Counted from the stretch's first letter, positions 50,520 through 63,911 are shown. The stretch: DNA of 64,000 nt from Felis catus (GCF_018350175.1 NC_058368.1:112594001-112658000), one strand, 5' to 3'. A program made the numbers and translations. Notes: generated by a model from the letters alone, not told the origin.

Positions 50520-50825
50520 CTTTAGAGCAGAAGACCCGAGGAGGTGAGGGCATGAGCCATGCACTCTCTGGGGGAGCTCTCAGGCAGAGGGTCAGCCCCA
50601 GCAGAGGTTCTGAGGTAGAAATGGTGTGAGGCAAGGAAACCAGTGGGGCCGAAACAGAGCGAGTGAGGTAGGAAGTGGTGGGAAATGAAGTGGGGTGAAG
50701 AGGTGGAAGGCTTTGTAGGCTATTGTAATGACACTGGTGTCACTCTGAGGGAGATGGGGAGCCACTGAAGAGTGTTGAGGCAGAGAGTGAAAAAACCTGA
50801 TTGTATTTTAAGTGGATCACTCTAG
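50520..50825 (-). mobile_element. L2 fragment
   Basis: ctctgagggagatggggagccactgaagagtgttgaggcagagagtga...ggatcactct is an antisense L2 motif. Confidence 0.7.
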
Positions 50826-51429
50826 GTCTTGTGCGGATAATTTACTGAGGCCTCGGGGTTCAAAGAGTAGAAGCAGGCCACCTGGAGAAGGCCATCCACC
50901 TCTTTGTGGCCAGCGTTTTCCTCCATGAAAGGAGCAAGTTGAACTTGCTAGGGTCCTAAGGTTCTTTTCAGCCCTAGGGCAGCTTTTGGTAGAGGGAGTG
51001 TTTTTATAATCAATCTGTCCAAAGTCCTGCATTCATTTGTATGATAGTTATGGGAGAAAAGACCATGTTGCTGTGTATCTAGACGATCAAGGCTTCCCCG
51101 CCCAAGTAGAATTCAAAGTTCTGTCAGTATAGCCCTCCTGCCATTTCAAGGCTCTCCATGTCTGAGCAGAGGGTAAATCAGACTGTAGACTTTAGGATGT
51201 GCCAGCAGTGCACACAGTGTTCAGAATCTTTCTCTCAAAGATTAGTAGTACTTTGTAATAATTAAAGAGCTTCAGAATGTATTTAGGGATAAGGTCATGT
51301 TAGTCATATTTTACAACTGCTTCCCCAGTATCTGGTACAGCGCCTGATACATAATATAATGCCTAATAACTAGAAAATATTTATCGAGAAAAGAATTAAG
51401 AAAGTAGAAGAAATATCCCAAGAAGTTCC

Positions 51430-52610
51430 ACATTGCTCCCACCACTGCATCTAGCAAGCCACCTGCCCTGTGCCCTCAACCCCGGCTTCCCTCCTATTAT
51501 ACTGGATGAGGAGTTCATGGCCCTGCTAAGTCCATGTCTTCCACTTGCATACTGGATTCCATCCCCTCTGACTACTCAGGAACTTTGCTTCCACATTTGT
51601 TGGTGAGGTCTCAGGCCTCATGTGACTTAATCTGCCGGCATTCGACATAAGTCATCACTCCCTGGTTCTTGACACAGTTATTACTTTGATTGACTTCAAC
51701 GCCACTCTCTTGGCTCTCCTCTTACCTAATCTCTTTTGCTAGATACTTCTCGTCTTTCATCCTTTAAGTATCATCACGCCTCAGGACTCGGTCCTCAGTT
51801 TGTCTGACCACATTCACAGTCGAGGTGATTGCATGTAATTTCCTTTAAATATACTGACATGCTCATATTTATGTCTTCAGCACCAGCCTCTCCTTGTATA
51901 CTTATGTACTTCAGACATGTATAGCCAAGTGCTCCTTGACATTTCCACCTGGTTGTCTAATAGGTATCTCAGACTGAACTCTTGATTTCCTTTCCTGCTC
52001 TCTCTCCAAACTGCTCCTCCCCTGGTCTTTCCTGTCTCAGTGAATGGTGCTCTATTATACCATTACTTGAGCTAAAACACATGGAATTTTCCTTGACTGC
52101 TCTCTTTCTCTTATGCCCCACACAAAATCCAAAAGTAAATATTATTGATTTTATCTTCAGAATGTAATCACCACCTACCACCTCCTCAAAACAAACCATT
52201 TCCTGTCTGAATTAATGTACTGGCTTCCTAACTGGTCTCCTTGCCTCTCTTCTTGTTCCAGAATCCTCTGTGCTGTACATAGCAGCCAGTGAACCCCATC
52301 AGAAACTTAAGTCAGATGATGTCACTTCTGTGTCAGAACTTTCTAATGGTTTCTTGTCGTGCTCAGAATAAAATCAAAACTGTGTACGATGGCCTACAAG
52401 GCCTTGCGTGATCTGACTCTGCCTACCCCTCTGACTTCATCTGTGTTCTTTCCTCATTCACTAAGCTTCAGCCACATTGGTTTCTTTGCTGTTCCCTTGA
52501 ATCCAAGCCTTCAACACATACTGATCCCTCTGTCTGGAATGTTTTCCTCCTAGATGTCTGCAAAGCTTACCTTCAGGTCTCTGTTAAAATTTCATCTTCT
52601 CAGAGTAGGC
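51430..52610 (+). mobile_element. L2 (L2a-like) 3' region
   Basis: gacatttccacctggttgtctaataggtatctcagactgaactcttgattt, tggcttcctaactggtctcc and atggcctacaaggccttgcgtgatctg are L2 hallmarks. Confidence 0.8.
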
Positions 52611-52626
52611 AGATGAGAGGACATGT

Positions 52627-52662
52627 TGTTACTCGTGCTGTTACTCATGCTGTTACTCATGT
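52627..52662. repeat. 12-bp tandem repeat x3 (tgttactcatgc)
   Basis: tgttactcgtgc tgttactcatgc tgttactcatgt. Confidence 0.85.
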
Positions 52663-52859
52663 CTGCTCAGCTACTCTGAGAAGGTAAAATATGAACAGAT
52701 CAGAAGGAAGAGAGAAGCAAGCTACTCAGGTCATTATTCAGTTTGTCTCCTCTATCAGAGAAATTTGAGTACTGACTAGGTATTTAAAGATACAAAAAAA
52801 AAATCATTATGAAACTTTTTTTATGTTTGTGGTTCTGTTTTAGAAAAAAGAATTCTGAT

Positions 52860-54165
52860 TTCTATTACCAGACATGATGGGATTAGTAAACTAGAAAAGG
52901 GAGAAGAAATAAAGAAAAAAAGAAACTATCATCAAACATTGGAGGTAGCATAGGACAGTGGTCTTTCAGTAAAGGGAAACCAGCACAGTAAGCCATTTGA
53001 TCACCATATCTTTCTTTATGGTGGCACATTCCAGTCTGCAGTGCATGGAGAGGGATCCCAGAAGCATGGTAGGCAGTCCTACTGAGTTGAAGAGGCAGAG
53101 TCTAGAGTTCAGGAAGGTAGAGGTAATTAGACATTGTGTGGCAGAGTCCCAGGGAGAAGGATACTACGCAAACCAAAAAACAAAACCACCAAGTCCGGAA
53201 AATTACATAGGGGTCTTTTTGAACATTTCAATACTAAGTTATGAATGCCCAGAATAAAACTCCACTAACAGCCAGAGAGCTGCAAGCTGAATAGTTTCCA
53301 GAGCTCACCCACAATGGAGAGATGTTTGAGCTCCAACCATCCAGAGTTGAGGTTCCTTGTTGATTATCCAGGGCATTTAGTAGAGACTCCAGATGTGTGT
53401 CTCTATAGTATAAGGAGAAACAATCCTTATGGTTAATTTTCTCCAGATTCACTGTAAGAAAGCTTGAAAAGCACCAAACTCATCTTCAAGTAATTTTAAT
53501 AGCCTGTCAGAATAAAGCCAAACACTCTTTCAAGGAAGACAACAAAATCTAGATGATCAACAACGTAACATATCAAGTGCCCATCATTCAGTCAGAAATT
53601 ACTAACCCACCAAGATGCAGGAAGATGGGATTTAAGTCAGGAGAAAGATTAGGTAATAGAAGTTAACCCAGAAATTACAGAAATGATATAATTAGGAGTT
53701 AAGGATTTTATAACAGTTACTATAAGTATGCCCAGTATGTTCAAGGACTTAAAGGAAAATGTAAACGTCATGAAGAAGGAAATGAAAGATAAAAAGAGAG
53801 CCAAAGAGAATTTCAAGCACTGGAAAATATAATAGCTGAAAGGAAACATTCACCAGTTGGGGATTAGAATCACAGACAATGAGGAAAAAGTATCAGTCGA
53901 CTTGAAGAGAGAAAAAAAGATTGAAAAAAGAGAACTTATCTTTTAGTGATACACACAAAAATGTTTGTACATGATATGTACTTGAGATTTGCTTCAAAAT
54001 ACTACAGCTTTGGAGGATGGGAGCTAGTGAAGGCATAGATGAAACAAAGATTAGCCATGACTTCCTAGTTGTTGAACATGAGAGAGTGGTCCATGGGTTT
54101 TATTATACTCTTGTCTTGATTTTTATATAATCTTGAAATTATTCATAGTAAAAAGTTTGACAAAA
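52860..54165 (+). mobile_element. Old L1 (L1M-type) remnant: 5' UTR/ORF1-like part joined to an L1MC-like 3' end
   Basis: Decayed ORF1-like A-rich segment at 53600-53930, then gatttgcttcaaaatact...atagatgaaacaaagattagccatga...ttcatagtaaaaagtt. Confidence 0.65.
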
Positions 54166-54310
54166 ATTAAATAAGACAAAGTGGTTAGAATCTTCTACCT
54201 GAAATATAATAGATAATAGGTCAACAAGTCCACTCCTCCCCAGTACTTTTCATGTAACAGTCTTAAAAACTCAGCTCTGCTTTGATGGGTGGAAACTGGG
54301 ACTAGGCTAT

Positions 54311-54361
54311 AGAAGTGGGGTCCTTCCATAACCAAAAAAAAAAAAAAGAAGTGGGGTCCTT
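54311..54361 (+). mobile_element. Micro retro-insertion (8 nt + A14) with a perfect 15-bp TSD
   Basis: agaagtggggtcctt at 54311-54325 and 54347-54361 flanks ccataacc plus an A-run. Confidence 0.78.
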
Positions 54362-54634
54362 TCTAGCTGGAGATACCTGCCTCTTACTGGGACAGTACTC
54401 TGATATCCAGGAAGAGAAATATGAGGAATCAGGAGGAAGTCATACTTCAGTAACATATGGTAGCTCTACCTACCCACTTAAGAGCAAGTTAGGTCACACT
54501 CACCACAGTCTTCTTCCTGGAGGCCAGTGGAAAGGTGGTAGGTGAGTGATTGGTGCCATAAATACTCATTAAGTTTTATCCATAAATCCAACATGTGAGT
54601 TATGGTTTGTTTGTTTTTTTTTTGTTCTGTGTCT

Positions 54635-55495
54635 TACACTTTTCCAGAGACATTCAGATGGCCAATAGACACATGAAAACATGCTCAACATCACTCATCA
54701 TCAGGGAAGTACAAATCAAAACTACACTGAGATACCACCTCACACCAATCAGAGAGGCTAAAATTAACTTGGGAAACAACAGATGTTGGTGAGGATGTGA
54801 AGAAATGGGAACCTCCTCTTGCACTGTTGGTGGGAGTGCAAACTGGTACAGCCACTCTGGAAAACAGTGTGGAGGTTCCTCAAAAAGTTAAAAATACAAT
54901 TACTCTATGACCCAGCAATAGCACTACTAGGAGTTTATCGAAAGGATACAGGAGTGCTGATTCATAGGGTCACATGTACCCCAGTGTTTATAGCAGCACT
55001 ATTAACAATAGCCAAATTATGGAAAGAGCCCAGATGTCCATAAACTGATGAATGGATAAAGATGTAGTTTATATATACAATGGAATACTACTTGGCAATG
55101 AGAAAGAATGAAATCTTGCCATTTGCAATAACGTGGATGGAACTGGAGGGTATTATGTTAAGTGAAATAAGTCAGTCAGAGAAAGATACCATATGTTTTC
55201 ACTCATAACATGGGATTTGAGAAACTTAACAGAAGACCATAGGGGAAGGGGAAAAATAGTGTCAAACAGAGAGGGAGGCAAACCATAAGAGACTCTTAAA
55301 TACAGAGAACAAACTGAGGGTTGATGGGGAGGTGGGGGAGCGGGAAGGTGATGGGCATCGAGGGATGCACTTGTTGGGATGTACACTAGGTGTTGTATGT
55401 AAGCGATGAATCATGGGAATCTACTCCCAAAGTCAAGAGCACACTGTATATATACTGTATGTTAACTAACTTGACAATAAATTATATTAAAAAAA
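54635..55495 (+). mobile_element. 5'-truncated carnivore L1 (ORF2 C-terminus plus 3' UTR), disabled
   Basis: Translated fragments [33 protein letters not shown] and [25 protein letters not shown] are the L1 ORF2p C-terminal domain, with stops and frameshifts. Carnivore-type 3' UTR and A-rich end. Confidence 0.95.
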
Positions 55496-55504
55496 TGAAA
55501 TCTC

Positions 55505-55844
55505 TGTCTTAGTCAATTTGGACTGCTATAACAAAGTCACAGGCTGGGTAGCTTATAAACAGAAACTTATTTCTCACAGTTCTGGAGGTTGGAAGTCCAA
55601 AATTAGATTGCCAGGCATATTTGGGTTCTGGTGAGAGCCCTCTTCTGGGTTGCAGACTGCTTGTTGTACCCTCACATGGTACCTTCGGGGACCCTTTAAC
55701 AAGGGCACTGAGGCCATTCATAAGCATTTTGTCCTCATGACCTAATCCCTTTCCAAGGCTCCACTCCCTGATACCATCACATTGGGATTAGGGGTTTCAC
55801 ATATGGATTTGGGGGGGGGGGATACAGACGTTCAGTCCACTGCA
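55505..55844 (-). mobile_element. MaLR solo LTR (MLT1A-like)
   Basis: tgtcttagtcaatttggactgctataacaaa...ttatttctcacagttctggaggttggaagtccaa...gatacagacgttcagtccactgca. Confidence 0.85.
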
Positions 55845-57315
55845 GTGTGAAAGTATTGAGTTTATCCATGGGGGTATACTAGGGAGAATTGGGATAGGCC
55901 TTGAACTGTGAAAGTTAGACCCCAGAACTCACTGCAGCAGGCTTTAATGTCTCTCTACAGCTTTAGTGCCGGTGACTCCACTAAATGAGCCTTTGGTCAT
56001 AGACTTGCTGGTTGATGGAAAGCCTCTGGTAAGCACGGTATGCTTTCCTGCCTCTGTCGTTTGGATCAAACCTTTATCTCCCTCTTCCTGTTTAGAGACC
56101 CAGCCCAGAGTCCATATCCCCACTGCTCTCAGCTTGGCCATCTGTAGGATGTTCTCATGTGGTTTGACTGTTGTGGCTCGCTTAGGCTATGTCATTTAAT
56201 TGCAGCAGGTCATGTGTTGGGCTGTGTTCAAGTACTTAGTTTTTTGTGATTTTGTTGATTGATGGCATACACACTTTGACCCTGTGTACAGTTTTACTCA
56301 TGTTTGTTAATGTAAACACAGTGAAAATTATACGAATACTGAAATTTTGTGACAAAAGAAAAATCTGGGGTGCATACAATTAGGGTGGTTTAATTAATTG
56401 AACACATCGTGATACTGCAGAGATGAAATTTTGCAGTTCTGTCTTCAGTTTTGTTTTGCTCAAAAATTCTGATCAAATTCATATTTTTTGATACAAATAT
56501 TATAATTTATTGATTAGATTTTAGTTATGTACAGTGCCACTGATTATAGCTTTTACAGTTAATCGTTTTTTTCTCCATGTCTAATTTTTTTTTTATCAAT
56601 TTTGCAAATTTCAGTGTTAGAAAAACCTCTGTCACATTTTGCCTATACAGGTGTAGCTTTTACCATTTTAGTTTGTCTTATTGATTTATAGTTCTTATGA
56701 AGTAGGCTAAAGAGAGATGGCCTTAGCTAGTCATGGGGAAATTGGGAACACTTTCTTTGGCAATTCTAGTGGTAGACCTTGGCAGCACAAAATATCACCG
56801 CAGGGAGGAATTGCACAGGGTCCTGATGTTCATTAACACAAACAGTGAGAAAATGTTACTCCCCTATCTTTTTAGATTTATATTTATCATCAAGATTCTA
56901 CTCTATATTAGTAGTCAGTGATAAAAAATATCACTTAAGCTTTGAAGTTTTATACCCTTTACTAGAAACAAAACTTGACTTCCTGAGGCTTCTTATAGAC
57001 TACACTTAAACGGTTCAAATACATTTTCCCATGCAAGTCTACTTTACAGTCACTTTCAATACATGTGTATTGAAAAGTATGTAGCACATTTCCTCCAAAC
57101 ATCTTCTTCCGAAATTGGGATTTATATTAAAGGTTTGTGCGTCTTCTACACCAGCATATACAGAAGCTGACTTTGGCTTCCGTATTGGTCATCTGCGTGC
57201 CATTTTGCCTGCCAGAGGGCACTCAAGAGGAGAGGAAGAGGTTCAGAAGTCAGAGTTTAGTAATGTCCTATTATCATTAGTGGAGGAGAGAATATAGGAC
57301 AGAGTGACTGCTTAC

Positions 57316-57532
57316 CTAAGACCCACTTCATGATGAGCATTTCTGTCCAGGAGAATTGTGTGGTTTTCACTCTGAAGATCTGTTTCGGGTAGTCTGTGAA
57401 GGTTTCGTTGGGCAGGGTTTTAACGCCTTCAAAGCGGTCTGATGCATTCACAACTAACAGTCCCAAAAAGATTGTAAAAGAAACTGCATGGGCTACAAAT
57501 TTCATGAAAGGGCTCCTCAGGGTTCTTCCTAG
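57316..57532 (-). CDS. TRPC7: TRPC7 coding exon (~exon 5): pre-S1/S1-S2 region, [26 protein letters not shown]...[10 protein letters not shown](G)
   Basis: Translation matches the TRPC3/6/7 subfamily, with TRPC7-type residues. Acceptor tttccag|CTA, donor TTAG|gtaag. 217 nt, phase 0 to 1. Upstream exons lie beyond the window end. Confidence 0.97.
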
Positions 57533-57989
57533 CTGGAAACAAAATATGTACAAGACATATTAAACTGGCAGCTGTAGGTGGGTGCAGGCTCTCTTTAAAA
57601 TGCTTTTGCCAAAAGTTTAGCCAGAGAATCCATGATCTTGGACAGAAGCCGCTAACTGAACCCGGACCACATTTTCTCTTGTGCTTTTGTGTGAGATGCT
57701 GCTTAACCAAACACATTTTCTGTTGACTTCCATTTTTTTCTATTTAAGAGATTTAGTGGGAGTGGTACAGAGCAGGAGTAGAAGACACTGATGTATCATC
57801 ATCTTATAATCTACACAGCATCTCCCAACCACATGGATACACATTTTATGCCATTCAAATCTGGAGGAAAATAACCTATCTCAGTAGAGTTCAGAATTAA
57901 AAAAATTACACACTGGATATGCTCCCTTGCCCTTTTTTCCATTTTCCTGAGTTTTGTTTTTTGATGTTTTGTTTTCAGTGTTGCTTTTA

Positions 57990-58330
57990 ACTTGCTAAAT
58001 TTGTTTAAACTATACATTTCCCACTAGGTACTGCTTTAGCTGTATTCCAAGAAATTTGGACAGGTAGTATCTTCATTGATATTCAGTTATAAATATGTTA
58101 CAGTTTCCCTTTCGATTTCATTTTTTAACTCACAGGTCTGTTTCCAGACATATAGGACTCCCCTCACCCCCTGTACTTTAAAAAATTATATTTTTACTAC
58201 AGCTTGTGTGTCTATCATAGCCTCTGTGATGCTGCTGTAAAACTTACTGAGGTTTCCCTTGTGGCTCTAGTGCATCATTGACTTGTGTGCTTGTTCCATG
58301 TGAGCCTGAGATGATCCAGGAGATGCCCTG
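57990..58330 (-). mobile_element. Old L1 ORF2 fragment, antisense
   Basis: ctatacatttcccactaggtactgctttagctgtattcca...tcattgatattcagtt is an antisense L1M motif. Confidence 0.6.
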
Positions 58331-60429
58331 TTAGGGAGCAAGTGTTGGCCACATCTTCTCTAGCCCTGGTGTGCCATCCAAAGGCTACTTAAGTCTTTGA
58401 GAACTAACCTGCAGGCTACACAGTGAGTCTCCTGACCCCTGTTGATGAACTCGTGTGGGTCCCTTGTAGGTCACTGCCATCACTTGCACCTAAGCACCGA
58501 AACTTACTCCTCACCCTGTACACCAGTCAGACGAGAGCAAAGAGAGGAACCTTTTCTGAAGCTCGCTTCCCTCTCCAGAGCAGATGTTCATCTGTAGCCA
58601 GTGCCTGGTTAATTGATGTTCACATTCTGACTCATTCAGGAGTCCTAGAGTGAAATGTCACCCAGGAGATAGAATATTGGTTCAGTAGAAGATCAATTAC
58701 AGGGGTTTTTGCAGGTAAAATTTCCCTAATTATGACTATGTTTGACATAACATTTACAAATCAGATGGCTTGATAATGTTCTTTTAATATGCTTCAGCAT
58801 GGTAATCATCCACTTTAATTGTTCTGGTTATGACTGTAACGTGATTTATTATGATTCTAATGCTATAGAACCTATGTATTGAAATTAAAAAATGCTATTT
58901 TTAATTAAAAAAAAACTTGGCATCTCAGGTCTAGACATTGGGAATCCCTACTATGCTGGAAAAAACTTATTTCAATTCATTTGCATTGTCAAATATCATA
59001 TGGTACTAATTCTAGTGGCCTACAGACATTTTATAAATGGCACTCCTTTGTAATGTTCATTATTTACAAAATAGGACTGTAGCTTAGTTTTGATTATACA
59101 CAGATGTGTTAAATTTGGAATGCACAGGTTAAATCCAAGGACAAATAAAACATCTCACATAAATTCAGTAAGAAAACTGAATTAAACCATGTCTTGTTTT
59201 GATTTATATATCAAATAGCTGGTTTGAATTTTTCGCCATTTTAGCTGACTGTGTTGGAATCTTGAAGCCCCGTTTCCCAGCCAGGATGCTCGTGTACCCA
59301 GGAGTCATCCTTCAACAGTCACTGCTCATAGCTGGGTCAAGTAACAGTGGTAGGTGTAAAAAAAAAAAGATAGTCGAGCTTTGGGAGATGTAGACCTTGG
59401 TCTGGTCTGCCGTTTGCTCACCGGTGCAAAACTGGTGAGTCTGAATAATGGGCTTAAGCAGCTCTGTCATTACTTGGACCTTGTGAGCAGAGAACTGATA
59501 CCAGGAAATCTAGGCTTGTAGTATCCAAGTACTCTGGCTCACTTCAAACCTCCTGTGTACTATTCTTAAACTCTGAGAAGTGTATGAATATGAGAGCAGT
59601 TGAGTAGTGCTCTTGAATTAGCTGCAAATGAATGGCCTTCATGAGCAATCAGAGGTGGAGTTTTATTGGTTAGCAAGCCTTTGTGTTCCATGCCCCTGGG
59701 CTCTTAGCCATAGCCATAAGTGTAGTCATCTAAATGGGGACCTGGTAGCCACATGCCTGCAAGGTAGGTAATATCTGCAGAAGGGGACCCAGAGAATGTT
59801 TCAGACATCTCTCCCCAGTCTTGTACCACCAGAGCCCCCCTCAGCAAATGCCACCCTCACTTGCCACCACGTGCCAGTGGCATCAAGGAAGGGCTCAGTG
59901 AAAAATATGGATCATGTTCCAAAAAGAAACATGCACAGCTTCAAGGCCAGAGTGGTTCTCAAATGTTAGAGATCCTGGTTAAATTAGGGGTGGGTTTCTC
60001 CATATGCTCCCTTTCAAATGCTTAATCAAAATGTCTAACCTGGGGCTCAGGAATCTTCTTTTTGTTTTGATCGGGGCAGGGGGTTGTTCACTTGGTGTCT
60101 TTAATCTGGGTGTTCTCACATTACCTTGTGAATCCACCCTTTGTCCTGCGGGCTGAAGAGGTGCTGAGTGATAATGGACTCTTGAAGGTAGGGTTTCTCC
60201 AGAAAGAAGAGGAAAGAGTAGAGTTTCATGTCATGGTTTTGACTCCTCCCTTCTAGAAAAGTCCTGCCATCTCTAAGTTTCTGAATCAGATGCATTGCAA
60301 AGTCAAGTAAGCAACAGTTAAGATACTTATATTCAGTATTGAAGGTTCTTATGCTGCTGATGTACTGGAAAGTGTGGGAGGGCAGGCCTATGTGTGTGTG
60401 CGTGCGTGTGCACTCATGTGCAATGGTTA

Positions 60430-60650
60430 AGGTCAGGTCTCTGGAGCCAGAGATCCTAGATTTCAGTCACAGCTCCATAGTTTTTGGCATGTTACTTAGG
60501 TCCTCTGTGTCTTAGTGTTTTCATCTGTAAAAAGGGGATAACAATATAACTTGTTACATAGGGTTGATGTAAGAAGTGAATAACGTGCAGAAAGCAGAGC
60601 AGCTCCTGGCACATGTGAAGCATACGTGAAGTGCCAGGAAGCGCTTACTG
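60430..60650 (+). mobile_element. MIR
   Basis: tctggagccagag...gtgttttcatctgtaaaaagggga...catagggttgatgtaag. Confidence 0.75.
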
Positions 60651-63600
60651 TGTGACCCTGGAGGGCCGCACGCAATTCTCCTAAGGGGAAACTTAAACTC
60701 AGCTGGCTCTTAAAAAGCTTATACACAAGACACAAGGGTTCACGAGGTGGAAGCTACACAGAGTCCTAGTGCATTTATGCCGTGAGCTCTTCTGGGGTCC
60801 TGTCTATGTGCAACATGTTGCTGGACACTGGAGGGCCTAGAATAAGCTGTAAGGGTTGGTTCTTCCTTTCAATGTTGCTACTATCAGTGGAGAGTTGGGG
60901 AGAGAATGTTGCAGGACTCAGACCGGGCTACGTGTGGAAGTGATCAGCCTTCTGGTACTCTTAAATCCTGTCCTGGCAAGGTGTCAGGTGAGGGACTCTC
61001 CTTTTGGATTTGAGAGCAGACACTTTTGTAATGTAAGAGCAAAATACGCTCTATTTCCTGGCACAAATTTCCGCTCCATGGCAATGCTTTAAAAATTGCA
61101 GCATCATTTTCTTTAATCTAGTGCTGTCTGCTAGGGGCGAATGAAGGGGGCTCAGAGGCCTTTGACATCATTGTACTCTCCTGGTTGGCCCTGGACTGCA
61201 TGGTGTGAGGACCCTTGTGTCAAACCACTTCAGCTTGGGCAAGGCAAAGCAGGGATCTTCCAAAGCTGCAGAGTTCCTTGCACCTCCTCACTGGGTGTTT
61301 TTGTTTGGCACCAGGCTGAGGGGTCAGGGCGTGGCAGCTAACACTTTGGCATTCCTCAGTTGAGAGTTATGTGGTAGTATGTGGACTGATGGATCGTCTA
61401 ATGCAGAGACCTCAGGTAGGAGGCTGAAGGTATTTACAGCTCTCCTTGTCTGAGTCCTGGGATTGATTTATAAGGATAATTAAACAGTCAAGGTTAACAG
61501 GCTTGGAGGAAATCAGTTTCACCTCTCACACCCTTATAATGAAAGCTTGTGTGGTTCCTCAACACTTGCAGCATGTGGACTTCTGCCCCAGTCCACCTGC
61601 TGTAGAGACACTGTTTGAGCCCTTGAGGATGACTGTTCTTCTTTCAGCTGTCAGATTTTAATAGGCAGACAACCTAAATTATGAATTGGAATGGAATAGC
61701 AAAGGGTGGAAAACAGGCTATACACACCCTTGGCATCAGAGCCCTTGTTGAGAGGAGGAAGAGCTTGGTGGGAAAAGATGGACCTGAGAGCACTGGTGCA
61801 GGTTAGAACTCACCAGCCTCCCAGTGTGCTGCATGACCTCAGCCGTGTTCGTGATTAAGATGAGAAATGATCAAAAAAATGTCACTGTTCTCTTTATTGA
61901 CCTTGACAGGCCTGTCCCCATGATCCAGACCTGGCATTATCACCTTAGGTACACATCTGTGATTTGGTTACCCTCTTCAGCTACTATATTACTAAGCTGA
62001 ACTTCTGTTGACACTCTTATAATCCTTATAATATCCTTATTTAGCTTTCTTTCATAGGGACCCTCAAAACTTTAAATAAAAGTAGAATTGACAGCAGTGG
62101 GAATTCAATGGGAAAGAAATGATGAGATAATTTTAGCAAGCCAATCAAGTAATTTTGGTGTCCCTAATGGTCCCTAAATTAGGGCAGCAGCTATTAAGTG
62201 TAAATGCAGTGTTAATTTGGAAACAGAAACTTCAATATTTGTTAGACATTGATGGACATTAGCTGACTGATGAGGTTTAGCAGTAACATTTTACGAATAT
62301 GTTTATAAAAAATCAGGGTATAATTTCCTTGAGGCAGGTGTCAAATTGTGGTTAGAATATGAAGTTGCTGGAATGACGCTGGCTTTTCCATAGATTTATT
62401 GGACAGGTATAAAGGAAGTGACCCCTTGGGAGGAGGGATGCTAGCGCATTAACAGAATTCTCCACTGTGCCACTTTTCTTGGGAGGACATTGTATTCTGG
62501 AGCCTTTGGAGAGTCCTGGTTTCTTCACATGGAAGATGTGACCCTTTTATAATCCCCGGTAATGTAATATATTTGCCAAACTTGAAAGGATTTCTTTCAG
62601 CGTGGTGAAAGAAAAGACTAAAAATATCTTGGCTGTTTTATCTGTCCTTTGACTGCCTCAGAGCCACTTTGACAACTAAAGTTTCCCTCTTTAACGAGAG
62701 AATCTTTCCTCAGAATGAGCAATGCCAGCCAGCAAGAATTATCACATGCCACAGACTAAGACTTGTCACTCCAATATGGACACACCCTCCAAAGTGTTGA
62801 ACTCAGACTTGCAGCCCAGAAAGTGCCCAGAAGGCACAGGTGGCATAATGGCCAGCTCATATTTATCTTTAGTGCTCTTTTTTTGGAGTATTACTGGAAG
62901 CTCTGGGAACACCAGATGTCAATCAGACAGGTATCTGAACAGAGGAGAGGAAGCCTCAGCCATTGGGTTAAATTTTCCTGCAATCATTTCTTCCAGAATG
63001 TTCTAGAAGCTGACTGTAGGTGTGACCGTATGTTTCATGGTGGTATCAGATTCCAGGATTTATATCGGACCCCAGGAAAGTCCAGAATTCCCTCCACCTT
63101 TACGCATCTTTTTTTTTTTTTTTTTTTTTTTTTTTGGCATCACATCTTCATGATATCGGCCAAGATGATTCTTCTTAGACCTACTGAAAATCTAAACAAT
63201 TTAGTCAGCAACTGCAATGTCATTTCTTCCTCAATATTTCCCTAGGCCACCAAGCAGGCAGAGGCAAACAAATTTGTTGGTGTTGGCTAGTCCGTTTTCT
63301 GGTAGCTGTCACATTTGGTTTTAAAAGCAAAAGTGAGGATTGTCAGTGTTTTGTCTACCAACTGGCTATCATTTTAATGACTGGATGTCCTGAAATTCGT
63401 TTGGGGATCACAGAGTATGGAGGTGAGCATCCCTGTCCATCTGTGAAGACTCTGGAGGAAGGCAAGGACCTAACCTGCGGTACAGACTAGAGAATTCCAG
63501 GATGAAAACATGTGCCTAAAACCAGTGACCTACTCTAACCCAGTTTTAAGTCTGGTTAGGTTTTTTTATGCACTGTACTTTTTTCGGCTTGTAATGAAAG

Positions 63601-63911
63601 AGAAAAAAATTGCCTTCATTTACATATGCATCATTTGGGGAGTTCTGATTTAGAAATCCATGACATGGTAGACTGTCAAAGAAACAAAATCCTCAGTAGA
63701 TGTAAGGTTGAATACCACACGTATTCAGTTTGAGGCCTTTTATATTTAGTACCATTTTACAGAAGGAGTCTGAATCCTCCCCTCTCTTGGTGGCCCACGT
63801 CTTACTCTAAGGCAGTGAGCTCACTGCCTGCCTGGTTGGGTGGCCTCAGCAGCAGCCCTGAAGTGTTGGGCCCATCATCCTGGCAAGAGATTCCTCTTAG
63901 TGGTGTTGACA

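Noticed and set aside
52627..52662. Short direct-repeat array as a possible CRISPR-like structure
   Set aside because: Three adjacent 12-mers with no spacers, in mammalian DNA; an ordinary slippage repeat.
54595..55386. ORFs with L1 ORF2p similarity
   Set aside because: Fragments of a truncated, frameshifted L1, not a functional gene.
63100..63150. Long T-run as a fourth poly(A) scar (also the T-run near 20238-20260)
   Set aside because: The flanking similarity (cgcatctt / cacatctt) is too short and imperfect to call a TSD, and none is visible at 20.2 kb.
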